Part shown: in pieces, positions 40,851 through 60,587 of the stretch
Layout: the number at the start of each line of letters is the position of its first letter
How positions within the stretch are numbered: the first letter of the stretch is position 1
From: the human T2T-CHM13v2.0 reference genome, Homo sapiens
DNA length: 64,000 bases
Direction: 5' to 3' (one strand)
Assembly: GCF_009914755.1 (NCBI RefSeq)
Contig: NC_060930.1
Program-made: the position numbers and the translations under genes
Notes under the pieces: model-generated
The model's input: the letters and a program-made list of their open reading frames with translations, nothing else
Databases searched by the model: none
Told to the model about the DNA's origin: nothing

Positions 40851-42326
40851 GTAGTTGGGGAGGGGAGAAAGTATTAAGCCAGAACCCAAGGATGGAAATA
40901 CCCCTTAGTGAGTCAGTTTAGACTTCAGGCTGTTCATTTTTGTATGATAATCTGCAAGATTTGTCCTAAGGAGTCCAATGGGGGATATGTTTTCCTCCCG
41001 TGAGGAAATGTTTAGTTCTTGAGGGAAAATCCCTAAATCCTCTATATACTCAGGTTTAGGGAAGGAAAACCTACCCCTCACAACTCCACGCGCAGGGAAA
41101 ATGATGGACGTGACGCTCGCCTTTAGCTTCCTCCCTATCTGATGGAAGACCATGGAAGACCTCTTGGTCTCTGCAATCAGAAGTCTCAAGTTGACAAGAA
41201 AATCATAGTCCCTACCCTGCAGGAGAGGGTACATCCAGAAAAAGCGACCATGGACTCTATTCTCAGAAATCAGTCCAACTTAGTGCAGACCTGGCCAGAT
41301 GACCAGTGCCCTCCCCGGGGCATTTCACCCATAAATGTGATGAGGAAAGCCCATAAATGGTGGTGAATTTTGCTGAGTGGGGTTAAGACTGGAAACCCCC
41401 CTGCAGGAGTTGGTTCTTGAGCAAGTTTTAAAGAAACAAGGAACTAGGATGAGTGTGGAAGAAGGCGGGCACGTCTCAGCCCGTGAAAAAAACTCACAGG
41501 TGATCAGTAGTGAGTCATGAGAGAGAGAGCAAGAGAGAGAGTCAGAGAGAGGAGTAAATGGAGGGAGGAAGATGGAGGAAGGGACTCAAGTTCTCAAGAC
41601 AGGAACAGGGATCTCCTCATGAAAAAAAGAAGAGAGGAAAATGCTCAATCAGCAGAACCTGAGCAGAATATTGAGGTCAACCCAGAAGCCAGCTCCTCAC
41701 CCACCCTCACCCAGACTGGCGCCCTCATCCTGGAGAAGACCTGCTAGACCCTAAGGCAGGTAGGAGAGAGGGTGGTCCACAGTCCCCCAGCTTTAGAAAG
41801 TTTGTTCGCTCCCAATGTCCATCTACCCCTAGGAATCCCCACTAGTTAAACAGAATTGCTAGATCCCTGTGGAAAATACCTTTCCTTGCCCACCATCATC
41901 CCCAGAAATAATAACTATTTTAGTTGGGTGTGAGACATAGAGAATAAAAGGGGGCATGGTGCCAGACTTCATTTCATACAAATAGCTTTAAAGGAGAAGA
42001 GGGGGGAAGGAGTTTAATTTAGTTTCTAAAATGTTTAGTAATTTGATTGTGATCATGTCAGAGCAACTAATTCATTTTATAAAATATCATTTCACTATGC
42101 TCTATAAGTAGAAATTCAATTTGGTTCAACCATTATTGAGTGATATAAATAAAGCACTGGACTTAACAAAGACAGAAATACAGAAATCAGTAGAACATGG
42201 ATCCCAACCTAAAACTTACTCTCTTGTCATAAAGGAAAGGAGATAGGAGTTTTTGCATAAATAACAAGGTATCAAGACAGAATTAAATTCCAAGCTGGCT
42301 TTGAATGCTCTATTTTGCCTTAAAAA

Positions 42327-42332
42327 TTTATT
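42327..42332 (-). terminator. Candidate UBD polyadenylation signal AATAAA
   Basis: TTTATT on the + strand about 230 nt past the UBD stop. Confidence 0.55.
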
Positions 42333-42563
42333 TACTAGTCTCAGTAATACATTAGTAAAAATCATGTCACTTAATTAATTGTGTTAGAATCAAAGAAACA
42401 TAGAGTTGGGCAATATACTTCATCCTACCCATCCCACCCAAATCTTACTCTACTCATCTCATTCTCATTAATTTTGGGAAATCATCAGAAGATGTGTTCG
42501 TTGAGTAAGAGATTAAAAGAAATAAGCTTTTTGACCCCTGCCAACACCCCATCCCCAGGGTGG

Positions 42564-46385
<3,822 letters not shown>

Positions 46386-46435
46386 CTCTGCAGACAAGGG
46401 GCCAGAAACCAGAGACAGAAAAAGGACTTTGCATG

Positions 46436-46800
46436 CAGCTTATATACCAGAGTTGAGTTGGAAATCCCCTGCCTGGATTGCTGTGTTTGTCCAGCTTTGC
46501 TGTGCTCTTTGTTCTTGCATGCTCCCATGAATTTTCTTTCACTTTTGCTGGGCAGGAGTTAATAGACAAAGAATGCTTTCTGATCACATACTTCTCTCCT
46601 CAAGCAATCTATTTGCAAACCTCATTCCAAACATGGGATGGTCTTTCTGTGTTGAAAACTTTTCCCTTTTCTCAGGAAAGATCTTTGTCTGTTGAAGCCA
46701 CCTGGATCTATACCCACAGCCCAAACCTAAGCTGCAGATCTCTATGTCTAGCTGTGTCTGTGTCTATGGGAATTCTCGTTCCTTGAATTCCCGGCATATC
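46436..46800 (-). promoter_or_regulatory. UBD proximal promoter: TATA (46440-46446), NF-kB (46461-46470), IRF-E (46532-46546), further kB/GAS-like sites
   Basis: Minus strand TATATAA, GGGGATTTCC and AAAAGTGAAAGAAAA; GGGAATTCTC at 46768. Confidence 0.75.
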
Positions 46801-47309
46801 CTTGAACACCCCAATCTCTCTGCCATCTCCACGCCACTGAGCATGCCTTTTCCTCCAACTCTATCCCCACCACCATGAATTTATAAGAACACACGGTGTA
46901 AACAGTATCTTCGTCAAAAAGCCTTCCCTAACTCTTTTCCTCCCCATCCTGGGTTATGTGTCCATCTTCTATCCTCTACACTTCCTTCAAATGCCTCTCA
47001 GAGCATGTTTCTTCAACAATAGCATCGTCTGCTTGTCTGTAATCTTTAGAAAAGAGTAGGAATCTTGGGGGTCGTGATTGTGTCTTAATTAACTTGTATC
47101 TTTAGCACTGTTCCAGCATGCTGTCAGGCACAGGAAATAATTTATAAATGTTTACTAAATGCACAAATGAATTAATAAATGAATGAAAAGTAAGTAAATA
47201 ACAAAAAAAGGAAAAGTAATATTTAGTGAGTACTTAAATTTCAAGAACTGCACAACATATTATTAAATGTTACCTTATTTACTGTTTCAGCATTTTAATG
47301 AAGTAAGTA

Positions 47310-47668
47310 CAGGTGCTCCTTCACTTATGATGGGGTTACATCCCTGTAAACCCATTGTACACTGAAAATATCCAAAATCAGAAATGCATTTAATACACCT
47401 AACCCACCAAACATCATAGCTTAACCTAACCTGCCTTAAACATGCTCAGAACACTTACATTAGCATACAGTTGGACAAAATTATCTAACAAAAAGTGTAT
47501 TTACTACTGAAGTGTGAAATATCTCATTTAAGTTATTAAATACTGTACTGAAAGTGAAAAGCAGATGATTTTATGGGAACTTGAAGTAGGTTTCTACTGA
47601 GTATGTATTGCTTTGGTATCACTATTAAATAAAAAATCATAAATGGAATCATTGTAAGGAACCACCTC
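47310..47668. mobile_element. Tigger-type DNA transposon (Tigger3a-like)
   Basis: TA|CAGGTGCTCCTTCACTTATGATGGGGTTACATCC terminus. Confidence 0.7.
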
Positions 47669-48214
47669 TATTAGTATCCCCGTTAATAAGTAAGAAGCTA
47701 CCTCATCCACAATCATATTAGTAGTAGCTGGTAAGCAAGGGTTCAAACACTAATCTGTATTTCTATAGTCCTTGTATTCTTCCTATATTATTATGTTATT
47801 TCAGTGGGAAAAGGCAGGGAGAAAAGTGCTACTGGAGTTGGGTATTTCCAGCATGGGGTTACTGTGAGGGCAAATCTAATATACTCTCAGAAAAAACTAA
47901 TTCAGGGGATTCCCTACCCAGAGATGACCTGGATTCTGGGAAATAGTGCCCTTTCAAGAAAACATATGAACAACAAACCTGGACTCTGACCTCTCTCTCT
48001 CTCTTTACTCTTCCCTTCCTATGGGAAATTCCCTCCCTGCCCATAGCCAGGGCCAGGACTGTCCCAGACACCTTGGTGCCCCTTTGCTGACCACAGGCAG
48101 GACTTCATCTTGGGACCTGACCTCCTTGCTTCTTACCCAGTGTCAATCTGACTTTTTTCTGTCTCTCTCTATGTCACAATAAGTTCTTTCAGAGACAGAT
48201 CTCTTTTCATTTGC

Positions 48215-48631
48215 TGTTTTAGTCTCTTTTGCATACTATAAAGGAATACTTGAGGCTGGGTAATTTATAAGGAAAAAAAGTTTAATTGATTCATAGTTCC
48301 TCCAACTATACAAGAAGTATGGCACCAGCATCTGCTTCTGGTGAGGCCTCAAGAAGCTTTTACTCATGGTGGAAGGTGAAGGAGAGCAGGCGTGTCACAT
48401 GGCAAGAGAGGGAGGTAAGAGACAGTGGGAAAAATGCCAGGCTCTTTTAAACAACCAGCTCTCTTGTGAGCTAATGGAGTGAGAACTCATTTATTACAAT
48501 GATGACAGCCCCAGGCCATTCATGAGGGATCTGCCACCACAACCCAAACATCTCCCAGTGGGCCCATTTCCAACACTGGGGGTCACATTTCAACATGAGA
48601 TCTGGAGAGTACAAACATCCAAACTACATCA
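48215..48631 (-). mobile_element. MaLR LTR (MST-type)
   Basis: ATAAAGGAATACTTGAGGCTGGGTAATTTATAA...CACATTTCAACATGAGAT. Confidence 0.8.
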
Positions 48632-48667
48632 TTTACCCCTCTGACAAATTCAGAAAACCAGCTAAAG

Positions 48668-49297
48668 TGTCAGAGGTGTTTGAACCAGAGCAACTCCATC
48701 TTGAATAGGGGCTGGATAAAATAAGGCTGACATCTACTAGGCTGCATTCCCAGGAAGTTAGGCATTCTAAGTCACAGGATGAGAGAGGAGATCAGCACAA
48801 AGTACAGGTTATAAAGACCTTGCAAATAAAAGGAAGCAGTAAAGAAGCCAGCCAAAACCCACCAAAACCAAGATGGCAACGAAAGTGACTTCTGGTCATT
48901 CTCACTGCTCATTATATGCTAAATAAAACATTAACATGCTAAAAAATATTCCCACCAGGGCCATGGCAGTTTACAGATGCCATGGCAATGTCCAGAAGTT
49001 ACTCTATATGGTCTAAAAAGAGGAGGAACCCTCAGTTCCAGGAATTTCCCACTTCTTTCCTGGAAAACTTGTGAATAAGCCACCCCTTGTTTAGTATATA
49101 ATCAAGAAATAACCATAAAAATAGTCAACCAGCAGCCCTCAGGGCTGCTCTGCCTATAAAGTAGCCATTCTTTTTTTCCTTTACTTTCTTAATACGCTTG
49201 CTTTCAGTTTACTCTATGGATTCACCCTGAATTCTTTCTTGTGCAAGATCCAATAACGCTCTCTTGGGGGCTGGATCAGGATCCCTTTCCAGTAACA
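48668..49297 (+). mobile_element. Solo MER41 LTR (MER41B-like)
   Basis: TGTCAGAGG.GTTTGAACCAGAGCAACTCCATCTTGAATAGGGGCTGG start, GTAACA end, TSD AAAG. Confidence 0.9.
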
Positions 49298-49791
49298 AAA
49301 GTAAAAAGATGATGGTATGAAGATCTTGCCAAGTTATAAAACAATTGTGGCGGTTATCTACGAGTGTCCCAATGTGGCCCTGGCTGACGGGATGCTCTTG
49401 GGCCTGTCACTGCCCCCATTGAAGCCTACTTGAAGCCTACTTGGAACAGATGTCTCTTTCTAGTCTCTTTAATAACGTCCATGAAAGAGTTTCTAAACTG
49501 CTTTGAGATCTAGAATATTGCTTCAAAAATGCCAGCCAAACTCAGTCAGAAAGCTAGTGTGAATTCTCATTTATTGGTGATTGGGAAAAAAGTCTACACT
49601 CAAAGAAGAACAGTTTGAAAATACCTACCAAAATTTAACATGGACATACCAAACCAAGACAACCAAATGCCTATCAGTATTAGGGAAATAGGTAACCAAA
49701 TTGTAGAATATCATAAGCAGCATAAATAGAAGGATCATACCTGCAAACAACGATACAGATGAATGTGCTAGAACTTATTGAGTGAAAAAAG

Positions 49792-50358
49792 TGTTAGAAA
49801 CAAATGCTTATTCCACGGTGCCGCAAAGAAATAGCACTCAGACATAAATTCAATTTTCTCAGCAAGGAATTTTTACTTCTATAGAAGGGTGTGACTCGCG
49901 GATGGAGTAATGGCAAGAGCATACCTGGACAAGGGAGGGGAAGGAGTTCTTATTCCTGAGGCAGGTAGCCCCTACTGCTGTGTCGTTCCCCTATTGGCTA
50001 GGTTTGGACCACACAATCTAAGCTAATTCCGATTGGCTATTTTAAAGAGAGCAGGGGTATGAGCCAGAGCGGCAGGGTGGGTAGTTTGGTGGGAAGGGTG
50101 GTTACAGAACAGGTGACTCAGGATGATTCAAATCAAAGCAGGTGGCCGAGGGTGACTCCGGATGGAGCAGGTGACCAGGGGAACAGATATGAACCACTGA
50201 TTAGAACTGACAGGAAAGTTGTTTACTGAAACTAGAGGCAAGAGGGTGAAGAGAACCCGGAAGCTCAACTTTCAAATGGAGAATCAAAGAATAAGAGAGA
50301 TGAATATGCTGACATACTGATTCTTTGAAGAGAATCTTGGAGTTCACTATATCTAACA
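49792..50358 (-). mobile_element. Solo LTR10-family LTR
   Basis: TGTTAG...CTAACA termini, TSD AAAG; minus strand TTCTCTTCAAAGAATCAGTATGTCAGC; internal CAGGTGAC repeats. Confidence 0.75.
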
Positions 50359-50981
50359 AAAGCAAGATGAGTAAGACTACATAAAGTATGATACTCTCCA
50401 TAAATCTCAAAAGCAAGCAAAACTACATAGTGAGACAGAGAAAAAGAGGAACTACTTGAAATTCAGGATATGTCTGCTTTTTAACAAAAATGAAGCCCAA
50501 TCTAAATTTTGATATAAGCTACTTGAAGGAGATTTTCAACAGGAAGTAAGAGGGCATTAGAAGCCCTGATATTATTTCATCTTGCCATATTCAGAATCTG
50601 AAGTTTAACCAAGAGAACTTAATGTTTGTTAAAGCAATTTATTACTTGAGAGACATACCGTATATTCACTTTATTAAAGGTAAAGTAATAATATCTAAAA
50701 CAAATGTTCCAAAGAAAACTAAACATAAGCAAAACTGAATATAGTATCTAGAACTACATATGTAAGCAATAAGGCTCTTATAAAAATGTAAAAACCATGA
50801 GTGTTCATTATGCTACTATTATGTTTTATAGTGTTACATTATATTATTCTATATGGGTTACATTTATTTATCTGTAGTATCAAAGATTATAATAAAAATA
50901 TAATTTAAAATTTTTCATGTTCATATCCTCTAGCTCAGCAATTCTGCTTCTAGGAACTTATCCTATTAGTACTCTTTTGGT

Positions 50982-51292
<311 letters not shown>

Positions 51293-52796
51293 CTATTAGT
51301 ACACTTATATATGTGTGAAATAAGCCATGTACAAGAATATTCATGTGAAATAATTATTTGCAACTGAAATAAATGGGAACAACACTTATCAATAGACAAC
51401 TAAATAAGTGCTGGTGTATACAGTTGAATTAAATTTAAAAGCCAAGTTGCAAAATATATGTATAATATTTTGTTATTTAGAAAGGAAGAAAATATACACA
51501 TATGCTAAAATGTGCATACAACATCTCTGTGAGGAGACACTGACTCTGCAAGTTGCCTGAGGAGCAGGAATGAGAGGTGGACTATTCATTATATGTCTTA
51601 TCTTATTATTGTTGCTATTTTTTAGTTTTGCAACTGTGCATGTTTTACACATTCAGATAGGCAGATAGTATGGGAAGGGATAGTATATTTTTTATGTAGT
51701 CATCAGCTCAGAATGGAGCTGGCTATAAGCTATGCACCAATGGGAACCAGTTTCAGTGCTCATCACTAGTTGACAGGCAAAGGGCCATGAAAAGTTGGTG
51801 GCTATAGTAGGTTAACTATTGTGATTCTGTGCCTTCCCTACTCCCCAAAATTTATTTTCCACTAATCTTTTACATACTGCAAAATTTAGAAACATTGATA
51901 ATATAGCCCATAATATATCTGAAAGCAAAGAAATTTATAATTAGCTAAAATCAGAGACCAAACCTAATGAAAAAAAAAAAGTAATTCTGAGACAATTGCT
52001 GAGCCTGGTACATGGGACTGATGTCAATGTGCAAAAATTGTCCAACCTGACAAAGCAACTGGAATAACTAATGCAGTCATAAGTGCAGGATGATGTGTTG
52101 ACCAATGGCGCATTTCCACTTTGTAGCAGTCAGGCCATCTTGGAGTGAATCCAGGCTCTGCCTCCTACTTCTCATGCAAGTTATTTGGTACTTTCTTCTG
52201 TCAGCTGGGGATTTCGGATTTCACTTAGGATTAGGCTCTGCTACCATTAACAGACATCTGAAAATAATGTGCCTTTAACTAAAACCCCAAAAGGACCAGA
52301 TCTTAGAAGTCAAAATGACAACCAAGGCTTAAGGAGTTCACCCTAGAACCAAGAAAAAACTGCAATGATCCATTCCAGCAAAATGTAAAGCCAGTTTTTC
52401 AGAAGTTCAAAGTGATAAGTGGGTAATATATCTGCTTATTAAACAAGATTCAATACGCTTCAGAGAAAGATAATAGAATACAAAATAAAGGTAATAGAAT
52501 ACGGAATCTCTGTAACATATTACTCACATCATCAAGTGTAAAACAGGAAATCACCAATCATGTGAAGAAACAGAAATATTAGACAAACAGTTTTAAATCC
52601 TCAATAAAAACAAACCCAAACGCCACCGAAATGTTAGAATTATCAGATGGAGACTTTAAAATCACTATAGTATTTTAAAGAATCCACAGGGAAAGATTTA
52701 TACAATGGGTAAAGAAATGATGAATTTTAGGAGACAGATGTAGAAACTGCCATTTTAAAAAGCCAAACGGAAATGCTGGAACTGAAAAATACAATA

Positions 52797-54113
<1,317 letters not shown>

Positions 54114-55040
54114 ATACAACTTTCTGGTAAAAAGAACCAGGAGTCCTTGGAGAGATGGTTGATCCCAGACAGAGGAAAGAGAACATACAAGATAACCCTG
54201 GAATACTGTATGATGCCAGAAACTAAAGAAGTCATTAAAAAAAAAAATGAGGACACATCAAAAAACTCACAGTAATCACGTTAAAGGATTTCCCCATAGC
54301 CAAGTCTGGGAAAATGTAAACAGCAAAGTAAATAATGAGAATAATGAAGAAAGAATAAAATAAACATCCAGGAGTCATTACTGGATATGAATAAAGAAAA
54401 TAAACAGTAAACGAATAGGAGGAGAGGGACAGCTCTTACAAAATTCAAAATAACAAACATAGGAGAAATGATGAAAGTTATCATTAGGCAAACAGCCCAA
54501 TAGTAATTGTTACAGTCAAAACTCATTTGTGGATGCTAAAATTAGTAGGCAAAACTATAATGAGAAAAAGATACTTGCATAATCTCAAAGTATTACCATA
54601 AACACTTATTATGTTACTTATATTATTATAAGATATGACTACAGTTTTAATAAGACAACACAGTTAAAAAAATGAAAAATAATTTGAATAAAAGACACGT
54701 AAGGACCAATAAAGCACATGATAAGATGTTTAACACCATTAACCATCACAGAGCAAATTGAAACGACTTGAGGGAGCACTTCACAGCCGATAGAATGCCT
54801 AAAACCAAGAGACTGACAATTCCAAGTATTACCAAGGATGTGGAACATCTGGAACTCTCATCGCTGTAGGGAGTGTAAATGGCACAATCACTCTGGAAAG
54901 CAGTTTAGCAGTTTCTTATAAAGATAAACAGACAGCAAATGACTCAGAAATTCCAATTCTAGGTATTTACCCAAAATAAAGAACACATGTGTTCACACAA
55001 AGAACGAAGAACCATATACAACACAACTAACTGTTCTCTC

Positions 55041-55151
55041 CTTCTTCTTCTTCTTCTTCCTCTTCCTCTTCCTCTTCCTCTTCCTCTTCCTCTTCTTCTT
55101 CTTCTTCTTCTTCTTCTTCTTCTTCTTCTTCTTCTTCTTCTTCTTCTTCTT
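55041..55151. repeat. Compound (CTT)n-(CCTCTT)n-(CTT)n microsatellite at the tail of a reverse Alu (about 55152-55420)
   Basis: About 110-nt pure pyrimidine tract, directly visible. Confidence 0.95.
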
Positions 55152-55615
55152 TTTTTCGGACCCAGGCTGTTGTGCAGTGGCATGATCATGGCTCACTGCA
55201 GCCTCAACTTCCTGGGCTCAAGTGATCCTCCCACCTCAGCCCCCCAAGTAGCTGAGACCACAGGATGCACCACGATGCCCAGCCAATATTTTGTATTATT
55301 TTGTAGAGACAGGGTTATATCATGTTTCCCAGGCTGGTCTCAAACTCCTGGGCTCAAGTATCCTCTCACCTTGGCCTCCCAAAGTTCTGGGATTACAGGT
55401 GTGAGCCACCATACCCAACAATTGTGGCTTCTTTCATAGCAGCCCAAAACTAGAAACAACCCAAATGCCCATCAATGCATGAATGGATAAACTGTGGTAT
55501 ATTTATACAGTGAAATACTATTAGCAATAAAAAGGAGCAAATTACTAATATATGAAACACTATGAATGAATTTCCATAACAAGCCGGATAACAGAAGCCA
55601 GAAATAAGGCATGAA

Positions 55616-56643
<1,028 letters not shown>

Positions 56644-59600
56644 CTGAAGTTGATTTTAAAAGCAGAAATGAGCTACTGATACTTGAAACAACATGAATAA
56701 ATTGCAAAATAATTACTCCTAGTGAAATAATTCTTACTCAAAGGAGTATATATTATTCCATTTGTATGAAGTCCTAGAAGAGGCAAAACTAAGTATCAAG
56801 GAAAGAGGCAAGTGGAAGGTTTGTAGGATGATGGAAATCTTCTGTTTCTTCATTGAAGTCATCAAAATTCATCAAAGCGTATATTTCAAATCTGTGCATT
56901 TTATTGCATGTAAATTATATCCAAATGTCTACCAGTAGAGAAGAAACAAGAAATAACGAAGTCTTACATGGGTTCAAATGAGACTTGAGAGAAAAGAATG
57001 GGACACACTCAGGAGAGGTGGCAATGAGAAAACATGACCTTGTGCTCCTCAATGACACAGAGGAGCAGAAGTGACCTTTTTACTTACCACAGGGAGCACC
57101 AATGCTGGCACGTTTCCTCTGAATCATCTCCTTCTTTCTTAATCATCATTAGCACCAGTGGCTAATTAATTGTCTGTGAACTGTGACGCTCTGGAGTCTT
57201 GGGAGAATTAACAAGCCATTTCTCTCCATGGGATGGGAGTCCCGGGATCCCTCCCTCCATCACTTCACCACGTTTTCTTCTCTATCTCCACTACCATTAA
57301 AAGAGAGGTTAACTTACTAGGTTGAAGAGGAGAGGTTGTGGGCAAAGAGCAACCTTCAGCCTTACAGGTCCAGAAGAAGGATGGTGGTGGGGTATAGTTT
57401 GTGCCTGACTCTAGAGCCAACCCACCTGGGTTCAAGTCTCAGCTCTGGCTATATAATTCTGAGCTAATTATTTAACCTATGTTTTAGTTTCTTCATCTGA
57501 AAATAAATATAGAATATAGAAATATTATCCAGGTCATACAGAGGTTGTGAAGTGCTTTGAAAGGTGTGGCAGCAGCATTAGAAGTCAACATTACTACCTG
57601 AGCCCTAATCCACCACCCTTTCAAAGGTGCCCAACACTCCTGACTTTGCTTGTAGATTTCATTGTGAGGATTAACTAGAGGCTCACTCAGTCTAGAAGCT
57701 CGTTGTCAGGGAGAAGCTCCGGCAGCAGGCAATGGGGAGATTGTGACATGATTGAGGAAAAGTTATAAGTTTATTCTTCTCCTACTGTCCATTAATGTCC
57801 ACATATCGTCAATGGTAGAGCTACCCCAGGAGCACCAGATTTGGAATCAAACAGGACTCAGACTCCAGGCCTGGTCTTCATCGGCTATGTAACCTTGGGC
57901 AAGCTACTTAACCTCTCTGCGACCATTTCTTCTTCTGTAAAAGGAAGATGATATTAACTACCTCAAAGAGTTATGAGAACCAGGTATTCAGGAAATGTTT
58001 AGCATGGTGCCTGGTGTATAGGAAGCACACAACAGATGGTAGCTGCCAAAGTATTAACGTGGTTTTCACTAATGAATTGGAGAAAAGAATTGATATTTCA
58101 TTCCCTTGTAGCACCTAGTACACAACTAGGTCTTTGGTGATTAATAAAGAAATAAATACATCCGTGAATATGAAATTAATAGGAAGAGAGTAAAGTTGTA
58201 CTGGACTTTTGTGGGTGTCCAAGAAAAATTAAAAAGACCAGAAGAAAGAGAGTGAGAACAAATACACGTTGTGAAACACAGAACAAGAGAGAACAGAAAG
58301 AGAGTCAAAGAACTATGTAAATTGAAGAGACTGAAAAATGACATAGAGTGAAGCAATGAATTACCAAGAGTATAAGAGTGTAAGAGAGGGATGCAGAAAG
58401 TGTATTAGAATGATGGTTGACAGATAAATAAGGAGGAGTTGGCTATTTTTTACCAACACAAAGGGTGTAATGTTATAAGACAATATAGGAATGATTTTGT
58501 AAAAGTAATAATTGAAATAGTCATTGCGTCTTCAGGAGTAGGTAGTAGGTATGATTAGGGAAGGGCACGCAGAAGGCTTTTAAGATTTAAACAATCTTTT
58601 GTTAAAATATTCAACAATATTTTAAAGGAAAAATTTTTCTCAGAGTAAAAAGAATATAGGAGGAAGAAAACGAAAAAAGAGACAAATATAAACAGGTTGA
58701 ACAAATAAAAAGATGAGATGGGGCTTTTAAACACACAAAAAAGAGACACTGCAATGGGTAGATGCTGCCAACCTATAGCCTCTCCAGCCACCTCCCCATC
58801 AACTTGCCCAGTTCCTGCCTCTCAACTGCCAGAGTGGCTGCCACCGTCCACCCATATCTGAGTTGGCCCTGTGTGCTGAAACTCTCTTCACCTTCTCAAA
58901 AACACAGTCCCCTCCTCCAGGAAGCATTCCCTGATTCACTCAACCACCCTACTCATTTTCTTTACAGATCTATCTCTCACCTCTAGCCCCCTATCCCAAT
59001 ATTTTTGCCTTATTTGCCTGCAATGTTTCAAGTTTTCTGCTGATGTTGAATGTACTACCCAGGGTTTTTCAAAGCCATGAGACTACTCTTTCTTCCAGCC
59101 CATAAACTCCTCCGCCTTGAATGACCACATTGTTCAATAATTTGAAGTAGACTCCTTACTTCAGTGACTTAGGATAGGCTACTAAAGAGGATAAAGTCAG
59201 ACCTGACATCTAAGTACAATATGTGACTCTCAACTGGATCCTACGTGGAAAAAAAAAAATCCTACAAAGAACATTATTGGGACATAGAGAAAATAAGAAT
59301 ATGGACTGTGTGTTACATAACAATACTGTATCAATTTTAAGTTTATTGAATTTAATTGCTGTACAGTGTTAATTAAGATCATCTTGTTGTAGAATATGAA
59401 TACTAAGACAATAAGGAGAAAGAGGCATGATGTCCACAAGTTATTCCCAAGTGACTCAGAGTAAAAATGAAAATACATAAACATATTGAGTATAATGATA
59501 GTGAAAATGAGTAAAAATACTAAAAATTGATGAATTTGATAAAGGTTATATAGAAGTTCTTGGAACTACACTTGCAACTTTTCTGTAAGTTTCAACTTAT

Positions 59601-60587
59601 TTCAAAATCAAAGGTTTTTAATTGCATGTGAATAAAATTAACCGAGCATTTTCAAAAGCAAAATTCTACTTACATGTCCCAAACTCAACATGGTATGTTT
59701 TTACTACTATATTTTATCTTACATGAAAAGGAGAGGATATTGAAATCTATTTCAGCTTTCTATCACCAAACATCAATTCTTCAGGATTTTTTTGCAGTTA
59801 CAGAACCAGAAAATAATCTTTCTGACTGACATTATATTTTTTCTTATTTTTACATATTACACATAATGGAAAATTTAGGCAGGACATTTCATTTGCAGGA
59901 GAAATGTTTGTTCTTAGTTTAATAAGTCATAATTTTTTTTGAAAGACCTAAATCACCTGACTGATCTTTCTAGCAGTTGAGTCATTTCACATACAGAAGA
60001 AATCTCCACAGTCCACATTTCTATCACTGGTCAAATCTCTTGCAAAAGTGTAAAGTAGATAGAATGTGAATGATTTGAGAAAATTTATGCCCACCACTAG
60101 AAAACATGATGAATTCTCTAGTAATGTTTACAATTAGGAAACTCACTGAACACACATTTCTTTGTATTTCCTTCCACACATAACAAAGGGAAAATTCAGT
60201 AGTAGCATAGCGATCAGAACATAATAGGTACTTAATAAATTTTTGCAAAATTAATAAAAACTAACTAGTTAGCTGATCTATGCTTCACATCAGACGTTTT
60301 GCATTCAACCAGGAAGTCAGAGGCACCAGTGTGAGGCTCAATCCGTTGTTGAGCACATTAATGGTTTCCTCACTCCCACTAGACAATGTTTGATCAGAAG
60401 GAACAGGGGATGAGAAGGAGCTGCTTGATGGTGATGAGACTGGGAAAGGAACGCTGGGCGAGCAGAGACAAAAGAGAAACACTCACCTACTGGGACCTCA
60501 CAAACACCCAGGCTGAGTTTTAATAAGACAGGTTGAATCACACTGGGGTGACAGCCTCATCCTTCCAGATACAGAGAGGAACAGGCC

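Noticed and set aside
39843-40889. Antisense and alternative-frame ORFs over OR2I1P
   Set aside because: By-product of very high GC content (few stop codons); no independent signals
54959-55439. Poly-Arg, poly-Lys and poly-Leu ORFs
   Set aside because: Translations of the CTT microsatellite and the adjacent Alu
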